The translations under genes were made by a program, and so were the position numbers. Under the pieces are notes generated by a model that was not told the origin of the DNA, ran no database searches, and worked only from the letters and a program-made list of their open reading frames with translations. Below are positions 13,599 through 25,168 of a DNA stretch of 64,000 nt, piece by piece. Source of the DNA: Octopus vulgaris (taxonomy: Eukaryota); contig OX597814.1 in assembly GCA_951406725.2 (NCBI GenBank), positions 93,124,001 to 93,188,000 on the forward strand, given 5' to 3'. The stretch's first letter is position 1, and each line of letters opens with the position of its first letter.

Positions 13599-15109
13599 CT
13601 TTTTAAATATATATATATATATATTCCTTTTTAAAATATATATATATATATTCCTTTTTAAACAAGGACAACGTTTCACAGTAAAACACAACTTCACATG
13701 CGCATCAGAAAACCTAGTATATGTCTTAACTTGCTCGGGCTGTAATGAACACTACATAGGCCAAACTAAAAATAGCCTCCGCCAACGCATGACTGTCCAC
13801 AGATCCCACATAAAAATACAGGAATACAGAAAAATAGCACTTAGTGCACATATTGATACCTGTGCCGCACAACTTCATCCCAATTTTAGAATCTTTCCCC
13901 TCTACAAATTTAAAGACAATGCCACTCATACCCAGCGAATAACCATGGAATCCCACCTTATTAATAAATACAGACCACTTCTAAACACATCCCCCTAACA
14001 CGAACCCACAACAAACACACTTACACCTGCACACACCCTACACACACTTTTACCCAGATATTAACACCATGACACACGCAAATATATGGTTCCACACATA
14101 CACATAATTTGATACGGGTGCAAAACATCCAACACTATTTTTTGGAAATGACTGTAAATATTGACTTCACACAAACACGTTGCTTCCCGATATAGGCACA
14201 AGGCCAGCAGAACTATAAATATTGAAAAAAAATAATTTCCAAAAAATAGTGTTGGATGTTTTGCACCCGTATCAAATTATGTGTATGTGTGGAACCATAT
14301 ATTTGCGTGTGTCATGGTGTTAATATCTGGGTAAAAGTGTGTGTAGGGTGTGTGCAGGTGTAAGTGTGTTTGTTGTGGGTTCGTGTTAGGGGGATGTGTT
14401 TAGAAGTGGTCTGTATTTATTAATAAGGTGGGATTCCACACACACACACGCGCGCACACATACATACATATAGCTCTTCCTGTCCTAAACGAACTTACTT
14501 ATCCAGCTCAAATTCAGTCAAGCGGAAAATACACTCCTTAACTACGCGCTAAAAAGCTATTTAAAATATCCACATGACGTCTACTGACCAGCCTGAACAA
14601 TAAGAATTTTCAACAACGCTATTTTCGAAAACTCCATACACCACCCACATCAACATTCATTCTAAACATTCACGTGACCTCTCTATTATGACCACATGCA
14701 CGTGACCTCTTTATTATGACCAATAAGAAATTTTAGGCGCGACACTAGCCAAATTTTAACATCTCTGGAGCCTATTTTCTTACCCCAACACCAACTTCCA
14801 TTCAAACATTCACGTGACCCCTTTATAATGACCAATTAAAATTGTATTGACCATTGTCCACAAGAAATTTTAGGCGCGAAACCAAGCAAATCTTAAACAA
14901 CTCTGGAGCTTCTTTTTTCACATATAAGAGACAGCAAACCCAACATAAAGTCAGATAAGAGAAAAAAATGTATCAGAAAGGAACTCTATCTCTCTTAAAA
15001 ATATATCTTTTGATAAGCATAACAAATGCGCAACCGGTAAAAAGAACGTTCACCTAATTAAATACACTCTCCCTTACTTAAATTATTTTGTCAGCATTTT
15101 CAGCATTTC

Positions 15110-15112
<3 letters not shown>
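13192..15112 (+). mobile_element. Penelope-like element (PLE) locus 1: inverted 3' ends, GIY-YIG endonuclease C-terminal part, 3' region with internal inversion
   Basis: 13652-13998 translates FTCASENLVYVLTCSGCNEHYIGQTKNSLRQRMTVHRS...ESHLINKYRPLLN (GIY-YIG). 13192-13335 is inverted relative to 13338-13490; about 14235-14438 is inverted relative to 13950-14150. Flanked by (TA)n. Confidence 0.9.
13390..13427 (+). ncRNA. Variant minimal type I hammerhead-like motif in the PLE 3' terminal repeat (other copies 13254-13291 -, 15006-15045 +, 25263-25302 -, 27998-28037 +)
   Basis: TCTT-[TTGATAA]-GCAT aacaa ATGC-[GCAA]-CCGG-[TA]-AAGA matches hammerhead topology with U3:A8 and A13C changes. Confidence 0.55.
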
Positions 15113-15143
<31 letters not shown>

Positions 15144-15146
<3 letters not shown>

Positions 15147-15428
15147 CTGTTCGAGACATGCAGTGAAAAGTTTTGGGGAGATTGTATCTCCTTGCTTCAC
15201 TCCTTTCTCGTCCGGCACTCGTATGGGTGATGACAGTAGAGCTATGTCGGTGGTGCATCCGGAATTTGCCTATCTGAGCAGCTGCACATATTGCGCTTCG
15301 ATTCCTTGCCTCTGCAGCGAGTTCAGCACTGCGTTGGTTTCGACGCTATCGAAGGCCTTCTCATAATCTATAAACGCAACGCAAAGAGGCAGCTTGTACT
15401 CATTTGCTCGCTCAAGCAGTTGCGTTGT
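15144..15428 (-). mobile_element. RTE-clade LINE reverse transcriptase fragment
   Basis: QLLERANEYKLPLCVAFIDYEKAFDSVE...KGVKQGDTISPKLFTACLE. Confidence 0.9.
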
Positions 15429-15454
15429 ATATATATATATATAGAGAGAGATAT

Positions 15455-15539
<85 letters not shown>

Positions 15540-15845
15540 CATATATGTATATACATATGTGTGTGACGGAGAACACGGCCAGTTGATAGTAGTTATGCTA
15601 TATAGTAAAAGTCTTTTGTGAAGTCTGTGTTGAGTTGTGTTCACGGACTTGTACTTAAAATTCCCGAGTTTTTAATCAAAACTAGTTAGTTACTATGGTG
15701 ACTGCACTCTACCTACCTATCTCCCCGCCCTGTATTTCTCTCTCAGCAACAACTTTTTTCCTCCCCTTCTTCCCGTCCTTCGCATACATCTTGTGACGAA
15801 CAGACAGACGGAGATCAGCTTATATTTTATAATATAAGATTGTTA

Positions 15846-16430
15846 AGGCGGCGAGCTGGCAGAATCGTTAGCACACCGGGCGAAATGCTTAGCGGTATTT
15901 CGTCTGAGTTCAAATTCCGCCGAGGTCGACTTTGCCTTTCATCCTTTCGGGGTCGATTAAATAAGTACCAGTTACGCACCGGGGTCGATATATTCGACTT
16001 AATCCGTTTGTCTGTCCTTGTTTGTCCTCTCTGTGCTTAGCCCCTTGTGGGTAGTTAAGAAATAGGTATTTCGTCTGTCATTACGTTCTAAGTTCAAATT
16101 CCGCCGAGGTCGACTTTGACTTTCATCCTTTCGGGGTCGAAAAATTAAATACCATTTGCGTACTGGGATCGATCTAATCGACTAGACCCCTCTCCCAAAA
16201 TTTCGGGCCTTATACCTAGAGTAGAAAAGAATCGTTAGTACGCTGGACAAAAGGCTTAGCAGCATTTCTTTCTTGGCTGCACGTTCTGAGTCGTTCTAAT
16301 TCCTCCGAGGTCAACCTTACATTTCATCTTTTTGGAGTCGATAAAATAACTATCGATTTGAATACTGGGATCGATATAATCGATTAGTTTCCTTTCCAAA
16401 CATTTCAGGCCTAGTATCTATAATAGAGAT
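15846..16430 (+). mobile_element. SINE family A multimer
   Basis: Head, core and tail followed by repeated bodies. Confidence 0.9.
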
Positions 16431-16569
16431 AATTTCACTATTATTGTTGTTAATTGTTCGACGTTAATTTTTAAAATTTTATATTTCATTTTCGTAATTG
16501 CTGTAGGTTTAATCATCCCAAGCTAGCAGAAATATAGGCGTAGTATACATACGTGTATTTATATATATA

Positions 16570-16800
16570 TTTCTTTACTACCCACAAGGGGCTAAACACA
16601 GAGGGGACAAACAAAGACAGACAAACGGATTAAGTCAATTACATCGACCCCAGTGCGTAACTGGTACTTAATTCATCGACCCCGAAAGGATGAAGGGCAA
16701 AGTTGACCTCGGCGGAATTTGAACCCAGAACGTAACAGCAGACGAAATACTGTTAAGCATTTTGCCCTGCGTGCTAACGTTTCTGCCAGCTCGCCGCCTT
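16570..16800 (-). mobile_element. SINE family A
   Basis: Full reverse-complement copy, inverted relative to the 15846 copy. Confidence 0.9.
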
Positions 16801-17661
16801 ATTTTTATATAACCAATTCACATGTTCGTATTTATGCGTTTGTGTTTGTGTGTATGTGTGTGTGTTTGTGTGTATGTGTGTGTGTTTGTGTGTATGTGTG
16901 TGTGTGTATGCTTGCGTGAGTGCGCGCGCGAATGTTCACCAAAATCTTACAATTAAATCAGAGTTGTTCCTTTAGTCGGTTAAATGGTACGCTGACCTTC
17001 TTACATAGCACTGATTTTTACCATGTAGCAACTTCATGCAGCAGCTGACGAACGGTGTCACGGGAATTGTTAGCTGACTGTCAGTCGGACAACTTCATAA
17101 TTGTGGGTTGCCGGGAAACTTGGAGTACTATATGTAAGCCTTCCATAATATAATATAATATAATATAATATATTAAATATATTCCTAATTTTCAGAAAAT
17201 TTGAAGTTAGCTGTCTATCTACTCCTAATTTCGAGCATTCAAAGACAACGAGGTTAGTGGGTAGCGGTAAAAGACCACGTTTATGTTCCACCGCTACCCA
17301 CTAAACATTCGAATAACAACAGTGAGCAACTTAGTGGATCGGGATATGCTGATACGCGTCTGAGAGGAATTCTCTTATCGCATTGATGCTGTCTGTTTAG
17401 TAGGTGGTGGCCACATTGAACACTTGTAAGACAGGAAATAAAAGTTGGTTGTGAGTAAATACTTGTGACTTAGCTGGAGTTTTTTATTGCTTTTTCTTAT
17501 TAAAATATTACGTAATGAAATCGGTTCATTCTTTTTGAATAACCTGGCGTATATACGTATGTGTGTATGCATGTACATATGCATGTATATATGTATGGAT
17601 GTGTGTGTCTGTATATATATATATATATATATATATACACGTATACACAAAAGATTCAGTG

Positions 17662-17699
<38 letters not shown>

Positions 17700-18329
17700 A
17701 GGGAAAGAAAGAAAGATTGACAAATAGTCAACCAGGTTGACAGACAGACGTACAGGCAGACAGAAAAGTAGATAGAACGATAGATAGATAGATATTACCA
17801 GATACATTCAGTTTGGGAGATTCAAGAGGATTTCAAGGGCAGTTATGATAAAAAGCAGTTTTATCAAGATTTATTGCGACGCCATGCATGTTATAATGCG
17901 AATGAAATTTTACATAGAAGAGTTGGAAGATCAGTTGCATTGAGTGCAACGATATGGTAGTTATCAGTATTCAGGAGCCGTCTTATCAGAGATACATAGT
18001 ATTATCTAGAATTAAACCACTTGAGGCTGGGCAATTTACCAGTTGTACAGCTGCGATAATAAGTATCTTCAAAGCAGTTTCTTGAAAAGCGATTGAAAAA
18101 AAAAATTGGTTAAGTATATTACTATACTTAACAATAAGTTATATCACTGATTGCATCAGCTCTGATTGAAAATGGTTATGAGTATTTTCCATTAATTACA
18201 GCATGTTTTGATATCATCATAAAATGGCTTGATAAACATTGTAAATTTATGAAGACAACCAACGTTATTGAGAATACTTCAGGTGATTTAAGGATTGGAT
18301 TAATTAGGCGCCCGACTCTAACTCCACAA

Positions 18330-19110
18330 AAAAAATTCCCCCGGAAAGTTTTGTGGCTCACACCCCATTCTCCCTGAACATAAAACTTGTATAGATCAGA
18401 TCTTTTTTAGTTTCGTGGATAAACACTTTCCCCAAACGTATAGACTCGGGAAAATATTTAATAGACAACTCTCAAGAGTTTATTTAAGCTGTGCACCTAG
18501 TATAAAGAAAATCTTAGTAGATGGGCTAATACCTGAAACAGAAGCAGGATGCTCATGCAGGACCAGTACCACATGTGCACTAATGAGGTTAGTGCAACTA
18601 GCCTCATTAGTGGACATGTGGTACTGGCAGAATCATTAGCACGCCGGGCGAAATGCTTAACGGTATTTCGTATGTCAGTACGTTCTGGATTCAAATTCCT
18701 CCGAGGTCAACTTTGCCTTTCATCCTTTCGGGGTCGATAAATTAAGTACCAGTTACGCACTGGGGTCGATGTAATCGACTTAATTCGTTTGTCTATCCTT
18801 GTTTGTCCCCTCTGTGTTTAGCCCCTTGTGAGTAGTAAAGAAATAGGTATTTCGCCTGCCGCTACGTTCTGAGTTCAAATTCCACCGAGGTCGACTTTGT
18901 CTTTCATCTTTTCGGGGTCGATTAAATAAGTACCAGTTACGCAATGGGGTCGATATAAACGACTTAATCCATTTGTCTGTCCTTGTTTGTCCCTTCTGTT
19001 TAGCCCGCTGTGGGCAATAAAGAAATAAATGAGGCTAGTACAACACAGAGTCCGTTGTATATGAGATAGAGGTAGTTACTCCTTACACCGTAAAGACACT
19101 CCGACCCTTG
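18330..19110 (+). mobile_element. Degenerate second PLE family fragment (RT C-terminus/linker) interrupted by a SINE A dimer at about 18622-19028
   Basis: FVDKHFPQTYRLGKIFNR...LSCAPSIKKIL...CSCRTSTTCAL resembles the PLE RT-to-GIY-YIG linker. Confidence 0.6.
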
Positions 19111-19587
19111 TACAAAGGGCACAACTCTCTATAAATACCACTCTGAACTAGTCTCAGATAAATACATTTTTCTATCTATTTACTCTATTTTTTAATCTTA
19201 AATATTTAACATGATAAATGTATTATAGGCACCTGATCCTAATGTTTAAAGTTTCAAATTTAGTTAATGGAGTTTATTTTATTTCTTTAAGAAATACTGC
19301 TTAATTCTATTTGCTTATTTATTTAACTATTATTGTTATTATTGTTGACCCGAGGAGTGACTATAATTTAAACTGAATTGTTTTTCGAATAAATTTAAAT
19401 TTAATTGTAATTCGAATTTAAATTACAGCCATGAAACGTACGTAGTCTTTTTACTTATTGTATATTGTTTATTAATTTTTGTACTTTTTGTGATCTAGTT
19501 ATATATTTTAAAATATATTTTATTTTTTGTTTATGATTTGGTTTATGTCTATCATTGTTTGAATTGCATAATAGTGGTTTTTCTCTA

Positions 19588-19626
<39 letters not shown>

Positions 19627-19648
19627 TATGTATGTATGCATGCATATA

Positions 19649-19684
<36 letters not shown>

Positions 19685-20104
19685 TGTATGTATGTATGTA
19701 TGTATTTATAAAAGATGGAGGTGGAAATAGCACAAAAGTATGTCTAAGACATTTCAATTTAAGAAGGAATTTAATAAAAATGATTTTATGAATTATATAA
19801 AGAAAATATTACCGATTTCGACGATGAATCTCATCTTATCAAATATCAGTAAAAATTTATAAAAATTTGAAGTAAAAGTAATTTATCTTTTGTCTGGAGA
19901 TTTTTCGTTGAAGTCTTCTTTAAATATAGTTTGGTATAGAGTTCAAAGTGTTAGAGAAAGAGAAGAGGTGTAGTTGTCTATTGTCTAAAAGAAATCTTTG
20001 TGTGTTTCTGCCAAGGGAATGGGTAAAAAGTATTTATTGAATGGGTTTTATGTCCACTTGTGTGTGTGTGTGTATCTGTGTGTGTGTGTGTGTATGTGTA
20101 TGTA

Positions 20105-20161
<57 letters not shown>

Positions 20162-20475
20162 CGTGAAGCGCATTTCACATAATTTGTCTTTATTTACCAT
20201 TCGGTCTAGAGACCCTTTTCTTGTTATTGTACTTGTTTTATTTTTCTGTTTGTGTTCATCTATCATGTTCACTCATTTATATCTCAGCAGTTTATGTTGC
20301 TGACACCGCCAAATTGAACACTATAATCGGACGATGTCGAAATTGTGATGATATTTGGTCGATAACTTATGAGGGTTAAGCTTATCCACATCTATTGGTT
20401 GATTTTTTTCTTCCGTTTCTGCCCGTTATGTTCTGCCGTTGTCCCCCTGTGCCGCATATATATACAGTGTATACA

Positions 20476-20517
<42 letters not shown>

Positions 20518-20911
20518 TATGTATGTATATAACTTCTCAGTTGAATGGTCAATTGGTCGATCGCCTCTAAAGCAAAGGAGGGAATCATTTTGCTAAAATT
20601 CACATCATTAATAATTTTTGCTTTAGCGAAAGTAAGAAATTCATCTTTAAGCATTTATTTGATTAGGTTTTCTTACTTTTAATTTTTATTTTTGTTCAGA
20701 GACTCTTTGATGTTCCCATGTAGCTATTTCAATTTCGTTGGATCTCTTCAGTAGTTGAGGTGTATTAAACATTACATTACATTAAAGTAATGTAATGTAA
20801 TGTTTAATGAAGTACAAGAAGGAATATGGGGAAAGTATTTCTTTGGGATAAAGGAAATATCATTCACAGTTCATTAGTAGTGTTAAAGATGGACATGTGG
20901 TCGTGGTGATA

Positions 20912-20971
<60 letters not shown>

Positions 20972-20972
20972 C

Positions 20973-21016
<44 letters not shown>

Positions 21017-21628
21017 ACTCACTTGTATGGACTCTGAATCACATATCTAAGTCCTTTCTTGCTTTTCAACATATGTAAATTAAGAGTTCCTTTGCGATTC
21101 TCGCTAGAGCAGCACTAGCTTCGACCAAACTTTTGTTATCAATCATTCCCCGGAATACATATCACGCTTAACCAGAATTATCATTCAGCCAGAACTTACA
21201 TTTTGTATTGCTAAAAGAGATGCTTTCTTACTCTCAAAACCATTCTGCTGCCCACAAGCTGGTCTCAGTTAATACTAGAGGTAAGTAGACGTGTTCTAGT
21301 CGGTATTTTCAGCAAACTAAAATCTGTTTCTATTGATCTATATTCTATATTTGTTTCTACAGTCCTGGTTAAAAATTTTATGGTTTCAGTTTAAGCGTAG
21401 CTATAAAGATAAAAACTAATTGTCTACTAGGTATTTTGAAATAACAAAATTACTTTGTGATTGTTAAGTTTTATGTAATATGAGGGATGGAATTTTATTC
21501 CATAATTTCGTATTCTATATCGCATTTCTGAAGAAGAAAGAACTGATATTTGTACAGTACTCTAAATTACCATCCAAACAGGGTATTCACTAAAGGTTGT
21601 CTACATATACTCATCCATAATATATATC

Positions 21629-22095
<467 letters not shown>

Positions 22096-22229
22096 CAAGG
22101 AAATTTCCATGACTGTCAGCTTGTATACTCTGTAGTTCAGCTTGCTCGAGGCGTCAGTAATCCTAGAGCCGGGCCTGCTACTATTAATGTGTTATTACCA
22201 TCACCACCACCACCACCACCACCACCACC

Positions 22230-22368
<139 letters not shown>

Positions 22369-22792
22369 AAATTGTTATCACCACTACTACTACTTTAATT
22401 GTTACCACCACCACCACCACCACCACAATTTAAGCCGAACAAACTGAATCACACAATTTAAGTCGAACCGACAGAATCAGCATTGAAGTTGAACAGAATC
22501 ATAGCATAATTATCTAGTCGGCTGGACTTCTGGGTTACATTCAATCATGTTCTTTCATATATTTTATACACGAAGTATATAAGAGTTATATAAGAGTTAC
22601 TCACTTCACACGAAACATGCCCCAATTGAGCTGAGTGGAGCTATTTAATAAAACACTACAGCAGTTGTCATAGATTCACAGTCTTTTTAGAAATCGTACT
22701 GCCATTGTAAGGAGACATAGAGCAAAAAAAAAAAAAAAAGAACGAAAAGAAAAGAAAAAGGGAACGTTAAAGGAAATGTGCAAACAATTGTT

Positions 22793-23355
22793 GGATCTTT
22801 ACCTTTTGACCGGCATATTTAGAAAATAATTTTTTGTAACTAAACACTTTTTTGCCACCTGCCCCTACTCCTCAAATTTCTTCATTTTTCCTTTTTTCCG
22901 TGACTCTAACCCTAAAACCCCAACCCTAACCCTAACCCTAAGACCTTAACCCTAACCCTAACCCTAACTCTAAAACCCTAACCCTAACCCTAACCCTAAC
23001 CCTAAAACCCTAACCCTAAAACCCTACCCTAAAACCCTAACCCTAAAACCTTAAAGCTAAAACCAGTACAAACGCACGAACGATGTCATAAATAACAGTG
23101 ACAAACGAAATATACACCGCCGGAAGTTCTTGTTGACAAACAACAGCAGTAATTTTATTCAGCTGAATACACGTCATTGATTGGTTGAAATTACCGAAAT
23201 AAGACAACTTCAACACGAAATAACTTCGTAAATATGAACTTTTCTCAAAAACGCTAAGAGTAAAAGATGTTTTATATGACACATTCTAACAGAGTTCGGA
23301 GTTTGAAAGTGTTTAGTTACATAAAATTATTTTCTAAATCTGCCGGTAAAAATCC
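22793..23355. mobile_element. Merlin-type MITE containing about 150 bp of (CCCTAA)n-like telomeric repeats
   Basis: TIRs GGAT...ACCGGCATATTTAGAAAATAAT / ATTATTTTCTAAATCTGCCGGTAAAAATCC; perfect 8-bp TSD CAATTGTT; CCCTAA/CCCTAAAA array at 22905-23055. Confidence 0.85.
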
Positions 23356-24042
23356 CAATTGTTGCTTATTTCATTTTGTTTTAGTTGATGAAAAAGAATA
23401 TGACTGTGATGACAAAACTTCTCTGGTGCCAGTGCTACGACAAATACTCGTAGCAAGCTCAATTACAGGAACTAGCATTAGAAGGAACATACTAATCTCC
23501 GATTGACCGATTGAGCTAGATTTGCTTTATATAGCGGCCAAATCTCACTCAAAATAAATAAATAATAAAATAAAATAATCAGCAGGATAAAAAAAAAAGG
23601 TGGATACATAGGCACCTATATTATCATATTCAATAATAAATAAATAAACATGTCTGCATTTTTGGAAAATGCAAAAAATTCGTTCAAAATAATGTAGAAT
23701 TTGAGCTACTTCATGTCAAGGTAAGTCTTTCTTTTAGGTGACGACGTAGCATTTTCCGATACTGTAGACATGTGCGTAATTTATTTATTATTAAACATGA
23801 TAATACTAGTTTGCGTGTTCTTTTGTTAAGAAACAAATATGTCGTGACATTTGGGTTTTTTTCTTTTGTTATGTAAACGTTGATCTAAATATTTCTATAA
23901 CATTTATGACAATATTACATCCTTTTCTTTTTCTTTTGTATATTACTACAGAGGGTAAGGGGTCCTAAAAGTTATTGATGAGTTTCAATTTTTAATAACT
24001 TCCTTAACTTTGTAAATAAATGCATGAAATTTTGACACACTA

Positions 24043-24211
24043 TAGGCGCAGAAGTGGCTGTGTAGTAAGTAGCTTGCTTACCAACCACATGGTTCCGGGT
24101 TCATTCACACTGCGTGGCACTTTGGGCAAGTGTCTTCTACTATAGCCTCGGGTCGACCAAAGCCAATTGAGTGGATTTGGTAGAGGGAAACTGAAAGAAG
24201 CCTGTCGTATA

Positions 24212-24284
<73 letters not shown>

Positions 24285-24595
24285 ATATGTTTGTGGGTCT
24301 GTGTTTGTCCCTCTAGCATTGCTTGACAACCGATGCTGGTGTGTTTATGTATGTATGTATGTGTATATGTTTGTGTGTCTGTCTTTGCCTCCCCCAACAT
24401 CGCTTGACAACCGATGCTGGTGTGTTTACGTCCCCGTAACTTAGCGGTTCGGCAAAAGAGACCGATAGAATAAGTACTAGGCTTCCAAAGAATAAGGCCT
24501 GGGGTCGATTTGCTCGACTAAAGGCGGTGCTCCAGCATGGCCGCAGTCAAATGACTGAAACAAGTAAAAGAGAGTAAAAGAGAATAAAAAAGAGT
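24043..24595 (+). mobile_element. SINE family B, full length with internal duplication
   Basis: Head, core, microsatellite and tail ending GAAACAAGTAAAAGAG. Confidence 0.9.
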
Positions 24596-24949
24596 ACAAT
24601 ATAAAGAACATAATGGAAATTAACATGGACAAGTTAAATTTTGCCACACCACTACATCACATATGAAAAATGGCATCGCTTAAATGGCAGCCATTTTCGG
24701 CTTCGCACACACACATACACGCACACAACACATATCTATACACATGTGTGTACATATACACACACGTGTATATGTACACTCGTATACATACATAAATACA
24801 TGTATATATATATATGCATATATATGTATACTTGTATACATGTATAAATACATATACATACATGCATGCACACACACATATTTACATATATACACACTCA
24901 TACATACATATATATACACATGCAAACACACACACATATATATACAGTT

Positions 24950-25105
24950 GGAATTTATAGAAAAACAAAAGACGATGATAGGTGTATAAACAACGAGCAG
25001 GCGTATCAGTCTGACGCTCGGGAAAGTGAGAAAGTCTTTTACGTTTCGAACCTACGCTCTTCAACAGAAAGGGAAACGAGGAAATAGGCAGAGAAAGAAT
25101 AAAAC
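24950..25105 (-). mobile_element. PLE-type terminal fragment with minimal hammerhead-like motif (25035-25072)
   Basis: Reverse complement CCTTT-CTGTTGA-A-GAGC gtag GTTC-GAAA-CG-TA-AAAGA; homologous to 31395-31510 and 31635-31780. Confidence 0.55.
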
Positions 25106-25106
25106 A

Positions 25107-25165
<59 letters not shown>

Positions 25166-25168
<3 letters not shown>

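Noticed and set aside
15840-16040. Recurrent ORF SEFKFRRGRLCLSSFRGRLNKYQLRTG as a protein family
   Set aside because: Chance open frame of SINE A; the same applies to [17 protein letters not shown] from SINE B
22905-23055. True telomere or chromosome fusion site
   Set aside because: Short, degenerate and enclosed by TIRs with a TSD, so it is internal to a transposon
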